Below, one piece after another: positions 36,501-49,900 of a stretch of DNA of 64,000 bases. Below the pieces are notes generated by a model. That model did no database searches and was not told where the DNA came from. It was given only the letters and a program-made list of their open reading frames with translations. Within the stretch, counting starts at the first letter, position 1, and every line of letters begins with the position of its first letter. This DNA is from Eledone cirrhosa. Its lineage: Eukaryota. The stretch is taken from positions 166,780,001 to 166,844,000 of the forward strand of contig OZ024742.1 of the NCBI GenBank assembly GCA_964016885.1, read 5' to 3'. Both the position numbers and the translations under genes were made by a program.

Positions 36501-39500
36501 CGTCCAAGAGGAGATAATTTCCAGCCGTCCAAGGGAAGATAATTTCAAGCCCTCCAAGGGGCTATAATTTCCAGTGTCCAAGGGGAGATAATTTCCAGCC
36601 AGCGAAGGGGAGATAATTTTTTTTTAAAAATCAGGGGGAGATTTGTAAAAAAAATCAGGGGGAGATAATTTGTAAAAAAAATCAAGGGGAGATAATTTCC
36701 AGCCGTCGAAGGGAAGATAATTTCCAGCCCTCCAAGGGGCTATAATTTCCAGCGTCCAAGGGGAGATAATTTCCAGCCAGCGAAGGGGAGATAATTTTTT
36801 TAAAAAAATCATTGGGAGATTTGTAAAAAAAATCAGGGAGAGATAATTTGTAAAAAAAATCAAGGGGAGATAATTTCCAGCCGTCCAAGGGGAGGTAATA
36901 TCTAGCCGTCCAAGGGGAGATAATTTCCAGCCGTCCAAGGGGAGATAATTTCCAGCCGTCCAAGGGTAGATAATATCCAGCCGTCCAAGTAGACATTTTC
37001 CAGCCGTCCAAGGAGAGGTAATTTCTAGCCGTCCAAGGGGAGATAAATTCCAGCCTCCAAGGGGAGATAATTTCCAGCCAGCCAAGGGGAGATAATTTGT
37101 AAAAAAATCAGGGGGAGATAATTTGTAAAAAAAATCAGGGGGAGATAATTTGTAAAAAAAAATCAGGGGGAGATAATTTGTAAAAAAAATCAAGGGGAGA
37201 TAATTTGCAGCCGTCCAAGGGGAGATAATTTTCAGCCGTCCAAGGAGAGGTAATTTCTAGCCGTCCAAGGTGAGATAATATCCAGCCGTCCAAGGGGAGA
37301 TAATTTCCAGCCGTCCAAGGGGAGATAATTTAAAAAAAAAAACAGGCGAAGATAATTTGTAAAAAAAAAATCAGGGGGAGATAATTTGTAAAAAAAAATC
37401 AGGGGGAGATAATTTGTAAAAAAAAATCAGAGGGAGGTAATTTGTAAAAAAAATCAAGGGGAGATAATTTCCAGCCGTCCAAGGGAAGATAATTTCCAGC
37501 CGTCCAAGGAGAGATAATTTTAAAAAAAAATCAGGCGGAGATAATTTGTAAAAAAAATCAGGGGGAGATAATTTGTAAAAAAAAATCAGGGGGAGATAAT
37601 TTGTAAAAAAAATCAAGGGGAGATAATTTCCAGCCGTCCAAGGGGAGATAATTTTCAGCCGTCCAAGGGGAGATAATTTCCAGCCGTCCAAGGGGAGATA
37701 ATTTAAAAAAAAAATCAGGCGGAGATAATTTGTAAAAAAAATCAAGGGGAGATAATTTGCAACCGTCCAAGGGGACATAATTTTCAGTCATCCAAGGAGA
37801 GGTAATTTCTAGCCGTACAAGGGGAGATAATTTCCAGCCGTCCAAGGGGAGATAATTTCCAGCCGTCCAAGGGGAGACAATTTTTTTTTTAAAATCAGGC
37901 GGAGATAATTTGTAAAAAAAAATCAGGGGGAGATAATTCGTAAAAAAAAATCAGGGGGAGATAATTTGTAAAAAAAAATCAGGGGGAGATAATTTGTAAA
38001 AAAATCAAGGGGAGATAATTTCCAGCCGTCCAAGGGAAGATAATTTCCAGCCCTCCAAGGGGCTATAATTTCCAGCGTCCAAGGGGAGATAATTTCCAGC
38101 CAGCGAAGGGGAGATAATTGTTTCAAAAAAATCATTGGGAGATTTGTAAAAAAAATCAGGGGGAGATAATTAATAAAAAAAATCAAGGGGAGATAATTTC
38201 CAGCCGTCCAAGGGGAGGTAATATCTAGCCGTCCAAGGGGAGATAATTTCCAGCCGTCCAAGGGGAGATAATTTCCAGCCGTCCAAGGGTAGATAATATC
38301 CAGCCGTCCAAGGGGACATATTTTCCAGCCGTCCAAGGAGAGGTAATTTCTAGCCGTCCAAGGGGAGATAAATTCCAGCCTCCAAGGGGAGATAATTTCC
38401 AGCCAGCCAAGGGGAGATAATTTGTAAAAAAATCAGGGGGAGATAATTTGTAAAAAAAATCAGGGGTAGATAATTTGTAAAAAAAAATCAGGGGGAGATA
38501 ATTTGTAAAAAAAATCAGGGGGAGATAATTTGTAAAAACAAAATCAAGGGCAGATAATTTCCAGCTGTCCAAGGGGAGATAATTTCCAGCCGTGCAAGGG
38601 GAGATAATTTCCAGCCGTCCAAGGGGAGATAATTTCCATCCTTCCAAGGGGAGATAATCTCCAGCCGTCCAAGGGGAGATAATTTCCCGCCAGCCAAGGG
38701 AAGATAATTTTTAAAAAAATCAGGCGGAGATTGTAAAAAAAATCAGGGGAGATAATTTGTAAAAAAATCAGGGGGAGATAATTTGTTAAAAAAAAATCAG
38801 GGGAGATAATTTGTAAAAAAAAATCAGGGGGAGATAATTTGTAAAAAAAAATCAGGGGGAGATAATTTGTAAAAAAAATCAGGGGTAGATAATTTGTAAA
38901 AAAAAATCAGGGGGAGATAATTTGTAAAAAAAAATCAGGGGGAGATAATTTGTAAAAAAATCAAGGGGAGATAATATGCAGCCGTCCAAGGGGAGATAAT
39001 TTTCAGCCGTCCAAGGAGAGGTAATTTCTAGCCGTCCAAGGGGAGATAATTTCCAGCCGTCCAAGGGGAGATAATTTCCAGCCGTCCAAGGGGAGATAGT
39101 TTTTTTCAAAAAATCAGGCGGAGATAATTTGTAAAAAAAAAATCAGGGGGAGATAATTTGTAAAAAAAAATCAGGGGGAGATAATTTGTAAAAAAAATCA
39201 GGGGGAGATAATTTGTAAAAAAAATCAAGGGGAGATAATTTCCAGCCGTCCAAGGGAAGATAATTTCAAGCCCTCCAAGGGGCTATAATTTCCAGTGTCC
39301 AAGGGGAGATAATTTCCAGCCAGCGAAGGGGAGATCATTTTTTTTTAAAAATCAGGGGGAGATTTGTAAAAAAAATCAGGGGGAGATAATTTGTAAAAAA
39401 AATCAAAGGGAGATAATTTCCAGCCGTCCAAAGAGAGATAATTTCTAGCCGTCCAAGGGGAGATAATTTCGAGCCAAGGGGAGATAATTTCCAGCCGTCC

Positions 39501-42500
39501 AAGGGGAGATAATTTTTTAAAAAATTAGGTGGAGATAATTTGTAAAAAAAATCAGGGGGAGATAATTTGTAAAAACAAAATCAAGGGCAGATAATTTCCA
39601 GCTGTCCAAGGGGAGATAATTTCCAGCCGTGCAAGGGGAGATAATTTCCAGCCGTCCAAGGGGAGATAATTTCCCGCCAGCCAAGAGAAGATAATTTTTT
39701 AAAAAATCAGGCGGAGATTGTAAAAAAAATCAGGGGGAGATAATTTGTAAAAAAATCAGGGGGAGATAATTTGTAAAAAAATCAAGGGGAGATAATTTCC
39801 AGCTGTCCAAGGGGAGGTAATATCTAGCCGTCCAAGGGGAGATAATTTCCAGCCGTCCAAGGGGAGATAATTTCCAGCCGTCCAAGGGTAGATAATATCC
39901 AGCCGTCCAAGGAGACATATTTTCCAGCCGTCCAAGGAGAGGTAATTTCTAGCCGTCCAAGTGGAGATAAATTCCAGCCTCCAAGGGGAGATAATTTCCA
40001 GCCAGCCAAGGGGAGATAATTTGTAAAAAAATCAGGGGGAGATAATTTGTAAAAAAAATCAGGGGTAGATAATTTGTAAAAAAAATCAGGGGGAGATAAT
40101 TTGTAAAAAGAATCAAGGGGAGATAATTTGCAGCCGTCCAAGGGGAGATAATTTTTAGCCGTCCAAGGAGAGGTAATTTCTAGCCGTCCAAGGTGAGATA
40201 ATATCCAGCCGTCCAAGGGGAGATAATTTCCAGCCGTCCAAGAGGAGATAATTTTTAAAAAAAAACAGGCGGAGATAATTTGTAAAAAAAAAATCAGGGT
40301 GAGATAATTTGTAAAAAAAAATCAGGGGGAGATAATTTGTAAAAAAAAATCAGGGGGAGGTAATTTATAAAAAAAATCAAGGGGAGATAATTTCCAGCCG
40401 TCCAAGGGAAGATAATTTCCAGCCCTCCAAGGGGCTATAATTTCCAGCGTCCAAGGGGAGATAATTTCCAGCCAGCGAAGGGGAGATAATTTTTTTTTTT
40501 TTAATCAGGGGGACATAATTTGTAAAAAAAATAAGGGGGAGATAATTTGTAAAAAAAATCAAGGGGAGATAATTTGTAAAAAAAAATCAGGGGGAGATAA
40601 TTTGTAAAAAAAAATCAGGGGGAGATAATTTGTAAAAAAAATCAAGGGGAGATAATTTCCAGCCGTCCAAGGGGAGATAATTTTCAGCCGTCCAAGGGGA
40701 GATAATTTCCCGCCAGCCAAGGGAAGATAATATTTAAAAAAATCAGGCGGAGTTAATTTGTAAAAAAAATCAGGGGGAGATAGTTTGTAAAAAAATCAGG
40801 GGGAGATAATTTGTAAAAAAAAATCAGGGGGAGATTTGTAAAAAAAATCAGGGGGAGATAATTTGTAAAAAAAAATCAGGGATAGATAATTTGTAAAAAA
40901 AAATCAGGGGTAGATAATTTGTAAAAAAAAATCGGGGAGATAATTTGTAAAAAAAATCAATTGGAGATAATTTCCAGCCGTCCAAGGGGAGATAATTTTC
41001 AGCCGTCCAAGGAGAGGTAATTTCTAGACGTCCAAGGGGAGATAATTTCCAGCCGTCCAATGGGAGATAATTTCCAGCCGTCCAAGGGGAGATAATTTTT
41101 TAAAAAAATCAGGCGGAGATAATTTGTAAAAAAAATCAAAGGGAGATAATTTCCAGCCGTCCAAAGAGAGATAATTTGCAGCCGTCCAAGGGGAGATAAT
41201 TTTCAGTCGTCCAAGGAGAGGTAATTTCTAGCCGTCCAAGGGGAGATAATTTCCAGCCGTCCAAGGGGAGATAATTTCCAGCCGTCCAAGGGGAGATAAT
41301 TTTTTTAAAAAAATCAGGCGGAGATAATTTGTAAAACAAATCAGGGGGAGATAATTTGTAAAAAAAAATCAGGGGGAGATAATTTGTAAAAAAAAATCAG
41401 GGGGAGATAATTTGTAAAAAAAATCAAGGAGAGATAATTTCCAGCCGTCCAAGGGAAGATAATTTCAAGCCCTCCAAGGGGCTATAATTTCCAGTGTCCA
41501 AGGGGAGATAATTTCCAGCCAGCGAAGAGGAGATAATTTTTTTTTTTAAATCAGGGGGAGATTTGTAAAAAAAATCAAGGGGAGACAATTTGTAAAAAAA
41601 ATCAAAGGGAGATAATTTCCAGCCGTCCAAAGAGAGATAATTTCTAGCCGTCCAAGGGGAGATAATTTCGAGCCAAGGTGGAGATAATTTCCAGCCGTAC
41701 AAGGGGAGATAATTTTTTAAAAAATCAGGTGGAGATAATTTGTAAAAAAAATCAGGGGGAGATAATTTGTAAAAACAAAATCAAGGGCAGATAATTTCCA
41801 GCTGTCCAAGGGGAGATAATTTCCAGCCGTGCAAGGGGAGATAATTTCCAGCCGTCCAAGGGGAGATAATTTCCATCCTTCCAAGGGGAGATAATTTCCA
41901 GCCGTCCAAGGGGAGATAATTACCCGCCAGCCAAGGGAAGATAATTTTTTACAAAATCAGGCGGAGATTGTAAAAAAAATCAGGGGGAGATAATTTGTAA
42001 AAAAATCAGGGGGAGATAATTTGTAAAAAAATCAAGGGGAGATAATTTCCAGCCGTCCAAGGGGAGGTAATATCTAGCCGTCCAAGGGGAGATAATTTCC
42101 AGCCGTCCAAGGGGAGATAATTTCCAGCCGTCCAAGGGTAGATAATATCCAGCCGTCCAAGGAGACATATTTTCCAGCCGTCCAAGGAGAGGTAATTTCT
42201 AGCCGTCCAAGGGGAGATAAATTCCAGCCTCCAAGGGGACATAATTTCCAGCCAGCCAAGGGGAGATAATTTGTAAAAAAATCAGGGGGAGATAATTTTT
42301 AAAAAAAATCAGGGGGAGATAATTTGTAAAAAAAAATCAGGGGGAGATAATTTGTAAAAAAAATCAGGGGGAGATAATTTGTAAAAAAAATCAAGGGGAG
42401 ATAATTTCCAGCCGTCCAAGGGGAGATAATTTTCAGCCGTCCAAGGGGAGATAATTTCCCGCCAGCCAAGGGAAGATAATATTTAAAAAATGAGGCGGAG

Positions 42501-43630
42501 ATAATTTGTAAAAAAAATCAGGGGGAGATAATTTGTAAAAAAATCAGGGGGAGATAATTTGTAAAAAAAAATCAGGGGGAGATAATTTGTAAAAAAAATC
42601 AGGGGGAGATAATTTGTAAAAAAAATCAGGGGTAGATAATTTGTAAAAAAAAATCAGGGGGAGATAATTTGTACAAAAAATCAAGGGGAGATAATTTCCA
42701 GCCGTCCAAGGGAAGATAATTTCAAGCCCTCCAAGGGGCTATAATTTCCAGTGTCCAAGGGGAGATAATTTCCAGCCAGCGAAGGGGAGATAATTTTTTT
42801 TTAAAAATCAGGGGGAGATTTGTAAAAAAAATCAGGGGGAGATAATTTGTAAAAAAAATCAAGGGGAGATAATTTCCAGCCGTCGAAGGGAAGATAATTT
42901 CCAGCCCTCCAAGGGGCTATAATTTCCAGCGTCCAAGGGGAGATAATTTCCAGCCAGCGAAGGGGAGATAATTTTTTAAAAAAAATCATTGGGAGATTTG
43001 TAAAAAAAATCAGGGAGAGATAATTTGTAAAAAAAATCAAGGGGAGATAATTTCCAGCCGTCCAAGGGGAGGTAATATCTAGCCGTCCAAGGGGAGATAA
43101 TTTCCAGCCGTCCAAGGGGAGATAATTTCCAGCCGTCCAAGGGTAGATAATATCCAGCCGTCCAAGTAGACATTTTCCAGCCGTCCAAGGAGAGGTAATT
43201 TCTAGCCGTCCAAGGGAAGATAAATTCCAGCCTCCAAGGGGAGATAATTTCCAGCCAGCCAAGGGGAGATAATTTGTAAAAAAATCAGGGGGAGATAATT
43301 TGTAAAAAAAATCAGGGGGAGATAATTTGTAAAAAAAAATCAGGGGGAGATAATTTGTAAAAAAAAATCAGGGGGAGATAATTTGTAAAAAAAAATCAGG
43401 GGGAGATAATTTGTAAAAAAAATCAAGGGGAGATAATTTCCAGCCGTCCAAGGGGAGATAATTTTCAGCCGTCCAAGGGGAGATAATTTCCAGCCGTCCA
43501 AGGGGAGATAATTTCCATCCTTCCAAGGGGAGATAATTTCCAGCCTTCCAAGGGGAGATAATTTTCAGCCGTCCAAGGGGAGATAATTTCCCGCCAGCCA
43601 AGGGAAGATAATATTTTAAAAAATCAGCCG
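28850..43630 (+). repeat. Tandem duplication of a ~7.39 kb unit (about 28.85-36.24 kb and 36.24-43.63 kb)
   Basis: Offsets are 7386-7388 for 29237/36624, 30535/37923, 32342/39730, 33750/41136 and 35415/42801. Shared private variants: GAGATCATTT (~31943/39331), AATTACCCG (~34532/41918), ATCGGGGAG (~33544/40931) and TCAGCCGG (~36213/43624). Confidence 0.9.
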
Positions 43631-43906
43631 GAGATAATTTGTAAAAAAAATCAGGGGGAGATAATTTGTAAAAAAATCAGGGGGAGATAATTTGTAAAAA
43701 AAAAATCAGGGGGAGATAATTTGTAAAAAAAATCAGGAGGAGATAATTTGTAAAAAAAAATCAGGGGTAGATAATTTGTAAAAAAAAATCAGGGGGAGAT
43801 AATTTGTAAAAAAAAAATCAGGGGGAGATAATTTGTAAAAAAAATCAAGGGGAGATAATTTCCAGCCGTCCAAGGAGAGATAATTTTAAAAAAAAATCAG
43901 GCGGAG

Positions 43907-46900
43907 ATGATTTGTAAAAAAAAATCAAGGGGAGATAATTTGTAAAAAAAAATCAGGGGGAGATAATTTGTAAAAAAAATCAAGGGGAGATAATTTCCAG
44001 CCGTCCAAGGGAAGATAATTTCCAGCACTCCAAGGGGCTATAATTTCCAGTGTCCAAGGGGAGATAATTTCCAGCCAGCGAAGGGGAGATAATTTTTTTA
44101 AAAAAATCAGGGGGAGATATGTAAAAAAAATCAGAGGGAGATAATTTCTAAAAAAAATCAAAGGGAGATAATTTCCAGCCGTCCAAAGAGAGATAATTTC
44201 TAGCCGTCCAAGGGGAGATAATTTCCAGCCGTCCAAGGGGAGATAATTATTTAAAAAATCAGGTGGACATAATTTGTAAAAAAAATCAGGGGGAGATAAT
44301 TTGTAAAAACAAAATCAAGGGCAGATAATTTCCAGCTGTCCAAGGGGAGATAATTTCCAGCCGTGCAAGGGGAGATAATTTCCAGCCGTCCAAGGGGAGA
44401 TAATTTCCATCCTTCCAAGGGGAGATAATCTCCAGCCGTCCAAGGGGAGATAATTTCCCGCCAGCAAAGGGAAGATAATTTTTAAAAAAATCAGGCGGAG
44501 ATTGTAAAAAAAATCAGGGGGAGATAATTTGTAAAAAAATCAGGGGGAGATAATTTGTAAAAAAAAAATCAGGGGAGATAATTTGTAAAAAAAAATCAGG
44601 GGGAGATAATTTGTAAAAAAAAAATCAGGGGGAGATAATTTGTAAAAAAAATCAGGGGGAGATAATTTGTAAAAAAAAATCAAGGGGAGATAATTTGTAA
44701 AAAAAATCAGGGGGAGATAATTAGTAAAAAAATCAAGGGGAGATAATTTCCAGCCGTCCAAGGGGAGGTAATATCTAGCCGTCCAAGGGGAGATAATTTC
44801 CCGCCAGCAAAGGGAAGATAATATTTAAAAAAATCAGGCGGAGATAATTTGTAAAAAAAATCAGGGGGAGATAATTTGTAAAAAAATCAGGGGGAGATAA
44901 TTTGTAAAAAAAATCAAGGGGAGATAATTTCCAGCCGTCCAAGGGGAGGTAATATCTAGCCGTCCAAGGGGAGATAATTTCCAGCCGTCCAAGAGGAGAT
45001 AATTTCCAGCCGTCCAAGGGTAGATAATATCCAGCCGTCCAAGGAGACATATTTTCCAGCCGTCCAAGGAGAGGTAATTTCTAGCCGTCCAAGGGGAGAT
45101 AAATTCCAGCCTCCAAGGGGAGATAATTTCCAGCCAGCCAAGGGGAGATAATTTGTAAAAAAAATCAGGGGGAGATAATTTGTAAAAAAAATCAGGGGGA
45201 GATAATTTGTAAAAAAATCAGGGGGAGATAATTTGTAAAAAAAAAATCAGGGGGAGATAATTTGTAAAAAAAATCAGGGGGAGATGATTTGTAAAAAAAA
45301 ATCAGGGGTAGATAATTTGTAAAAAAAAATCAGGGGGAGATAATTTGTAAAAAAAAATCAGGGGGAGATAATTTGTAAAAAAAATCAAGGGGAGATAATT
45401 TCCAGCCGTCGAAGGGAAGATAATTTCCAGCCCTCCAAGGGGCTATAATTTCCAGCGTCCAAGGGGAGATAATTTCCAGCCGTCCAAGGGGAGATAATTT
45501 CCAGCCGTCCAAGGGTAGATAATATCCAGCCGTCCAAGTAGACATTTTCCAGCCGTCCAAGGAGAGGTAATTTATAGCCGTCCAAGGGGAGATAAATTCC
45601 AGCCTCCAAGGGGAGATAATTTCCAGCCAGCCAAGGGGAGATAATTTGTAAAAAAATCAGGGGGAGATAATTTGTAAAAAAAATCAGGGGGAGATAATTT
45701 GTAAAAAAAAATCAGGGGGAGATAATTTGTAAAAAAAATCAGGGGGAGATAATTTGTAAAAAAAATCAGGGGGAGATAATTTGTAAAAAAAATCAAGGGG
45801 AGATAATTTCCAGCCGTCCAAGGGGAGATAATTTTCAGCCGTCCAAGGGGAGATAATTTCCAGCCGTCCAAGGGGAGATAATTTCCATCCTTCCAAGGGG
45901 AGATAATTTCCAGCCGTCCAAGGGGAGATAATTTTCAGCCGTCCAAGGGGAGATAATTTCCCGCCAGCCAAGGGAAGATAATATTTTAAAAAATCAGGCG
46001 GAGATAATTTGTAAAAAAAATCAGGGGGAGATAATTTGTAAAAAAATCAGGGGGAGATAATTTGTAAAAAAAAAATCAGGGGGAGATAATTTGTAAAAAA
46101 AATCAGGGGGAGATAATTTGTAAAAAAAAATCAGGGGTAGATAATTTGTAAAAAAAAATCAGGGGGAGATAATTTGTAAAAAAAAATCAGGGGGAGATAA
46201 TTTGTAAAAAAAATCAAGGGGAGATAATTTCCAGCCGTCCAAGGAGAGATAATTTTAAAAAAAAATCAGGCGGAGATAATTTGTAAAAAAAAATCAAGGG
46301 GAGATAATTTGTAAAAAAAATCAAGGAGAGATAATTTCCAGCCGTCCAAGGGAAGATAATTTCCAGCACTCCAAGGGGCTATAATTTCCAGTGTCCAAGG
46401 GGAGATAATTTCCAGCCAGCGAAGGGGAGATAATTTTTTTTAAAAAATCAGGGGGAGATATGTAAAAAAAATCAGAGGGAGATAATTTCTAAAAAAAATC
46501 AAAGGGAGATAATTTCCAGCCGTCCAAAGAGAGATAATTTCTAGCCGTCCAAGGGGAGATAATTTCCAGCCAAGGGGAGATAATTTCCAGCCGTCCAAGG
46601 GGAGATAATTATTTAAAAAATCAGGTGGAGATAATTTGTAAAAAAAATCAGGGGGAGATAATTTGTAAAAACAAAATCAAGGGCAGATAATTTCCAGCTG
46701 TCCAAGGGGAGATAATTTCCAGCCGTGCAAGGGGAGATAATTTCCAGCCGTCCAAGGGGAGATAATTTCCATCCTTCCAAGGGGAGATAATGTCCAGCCG
46801 TCCAAGGGGAGATAATTTCCCGCCAGCCAAGGGAAGATAATTTTTAAAAAAATCAGGCGGAGATTGTAAAAAAAATCAGGGGGAGATAATTTGTAAAAAA

Positions 46901-49900
46901 AAAATCAGGGGGAGATAATTTGTAAAAAAAATCAGGGGTAGATAATTTGTAAAAAAAAATCAGGGGGAGATAATTTGTAAAAAAAAATCAGGGGGAGATA
47001 ATTTCTAAAAAAATCAAGGGGAGATAATATGCAGCCGTCCAAGGGGAGATAATTTTCAGCCGTCCAAGGAGAGGTAATTTCTAGCCGTCCAAGGGGAGAT
47101 AATTTCCAGCCGTCCAAGGGGAGATAATTTCCAGCCGTCCAAGGGGAGATAGTTTTTTTAAAAAAATCAGGCGGAGATAATTTGTAAAAAAAAAATCAGG
47201 GGGAGATAATTTGTAAAAAAAAATCAGGGGGAGATAATTTGTAAAAAAAAATCAGGGGGAGATAATTTGTAAAAAAAATCAGGGGGAGATAATTAGTAAA
47301 AAAAATCAAGGGGAGATAATTTCCAGCCGTCCAAGGGGAGGTAATATCTAGCCGTCCAAGGGGAGATAATTTCCAGCCGTCCAAGGGGAGATAATTTCCA
47401 GCCGTCCAAGGGTAGATAATATCCAGCCGTCCAAGTAGACATATTTTCCAGCCGTCCAAGGAGAGGTAATTTCTAGCCGTCCAAGGGGAGATGAATTCCA
47501 GCCTCCAAGGGGAGATAATTTCCAGCCAGCCAAGGGGAGATAATTTGTAAAAAAATCAGGGGGAGATAATTTGTAAAAAAAATCAGGGGGAGATAATTTG
47601 TAAAAAAAATCAGGGGGAGATAATTTGTAAAAAAAAATCAGGGGGAGATAATTTGTAAAAAAAATCAGGGGGAGATAATTTGTAAAAAAAATCAGGGGGA
47701 GATAATTTGTAAAAAAAAATCAGGGGGAGATAATTTGTAAAAAAAAATCAGGGGGAGATAATTTGTAAAAAAAATCAAGGGAGATAATTTGCAGCCGTCC
47801 AAGGAGAGATAATTTTCAGCCGTCCAAGGAGAGGTAATTTCTAGCTGTCCAAGGTGAGATAATATCCAGCCGTCCAAGGGGAGATAATTTCCAGCCGTCC
47901 AAGGGGAGATAATTTTAAAATAAAAACAGGCGAAGATAATTTGTAAAAAAAAAATCAGGGGGAGATAATTTGTAAAAAAAAATCAGGGGGAGATAATTTG
48001 TAAAAAAAATCAGGGGGAGGTAATTTGTAAAAAAAATCAAGGGGAGATAATTTCCAGCCGTCCAAGGGAAGATAATTTCCAGCCCTCCAAGGGGCTATAA
48101 TTTCCAGCGTCCAAGGGGAGATAATTTCCAGCCAGCGAAGGGGAGATAATTTTTTTTTTTTTAAATCAGGGGGACATAATTTGTAAAAAAAGTCAGGGGG
48201 AGATAATTTGTAAAAAAAATCAAGGGGAGATAATTTGTAAAAAAAAATCAGGGGGAGATAATTTGTAAAAAAAAATCAGGGGGAGATAATTTGTAAAAAA
48301 AATCAAGGGGAGATAATTTGTAAAAAAAAATCAAGGGGAGATAATTTCCAGCCGTCCAAGGGGAGATAATTTTCAGCCGTCCAAGGGGAGATAATTTCCC
48401 GCCAGCCAATGAAAGATAATATTTAAAAAAATCAGGCGGAGATAATTTGTAAAAAAAATCAGGGGGAGATAATTTGTAAAAAAATCAGGGGGAGATAATT
48501 TGTAAAAAAAAAATCAGGGGGAGATAATTTGTAAAAAAAATCAGGGGGAGATAATTTGTAAAAAAAAATCAGGGGGAGATAATTTGTAAAAAAAATCAGG
48601 GGGAGATAATTTGTAAAAAAAATCAATTGGAGATAATTTCCAGCCGTCCAAGGGGAGATAATTTTCAGCCGTCCAATGAGAGGTAATTTCTAGACGTCCA
48701 AGGGGAGATAATTTCCAGCCGTCCAAGGGGAGATAATTTCCAGCCGTCCAAGGGTAGATAATATCCAGCCGTCCAAGGAGACATATTTTCCAGCTTTCCA
48801 AGGAGAGGTAATTTCTAGCCGTCCAAGGGGAGATAAATTCCAGCCTCCAAGGGGAGATAATTTCCAGCCAGCCAAGGGGAGATAATTTGTAAAAAAATCA
48901 GGGGGAGATAATTTGTAAAAAAAATCAGGGGGAGATAATTTGTAAAAAAAATCAGGGGGAGATAATTTGTAAAAAACATCAAGGGGAGATAATTTCCAGC
49001 CGTCCAAGGGGAGATAATTTTCAGCCGTCCAAGGGGAGATAATTTCCCGCCAGCCAAGGGAAGATAATATTTAAAAAATGAGGCGGAGATAATTTGTAAA
49101 AAAAATCAGGGGGAGATAATTTGTAAAAAAATCAGGGGGAGATAATTTGTAAAAAAAAAATCAGGGGGAGATAATTTGTAAAAAAAATCAGGGGGAGATA
49201 ATTTGTAAAAAAAAATCAGGGGTAGATAATTTGTAAAAAAAAATCAGGGGGAGATAATTTGTAAAAAAAATCAGGGGGAGATAATTTGTAAAAAAAATCA
49301 AGGGGAGATAATTTCCAGCCGTCCAAGGGAAGATAATTTCAAGCCCTCCAAGGGGCTATAATTTCCAGTGTCCAAGGGGAGATAATTTCCAGCCAGCGAA
49401 GGGGAGATAATTTTTTTTTAAAAATCAGGGGGAGATTTGTAAAAAAAATCAGGGGGAGATAATTTGTAAAAAAAATCAAAGGGAGATAATTTCCAGCCGT
49501 CCAAAGAGAGATAATTTCTAGCCGTCCAAGGGGAGATAATTTCGAGCCAAGGGGAGATAATTTCCAGCCGTCCAAGGGGAGATAATTTTTAAAAAAATCA
49601 GGTGGAGATAATTTGTAAAAAAAATCAGGGGGAGATAATTTGTAAAAACAAAATCAAGGGCAGATAATTTCCAGCTGTCCAAGGGGAGATAATTTCCAGC
49701 CGTGCAAGGGGAGATAATTTCCAGCCGTCCAAGGGGAGATAATTTCCATCCTTCCAAGGGGAGATAATTTCCAGCCGTCCAAGGGGAGATAATTTCCCGC
49801 CAGCCAAGGGAAGATAATTTTTTAAAAAATCAGGCGGAGATTGTAAAAAAAATCAGGGGGAGATAATTTGTAAAAAAATCAGGGGGAGATAATTTGTAAA

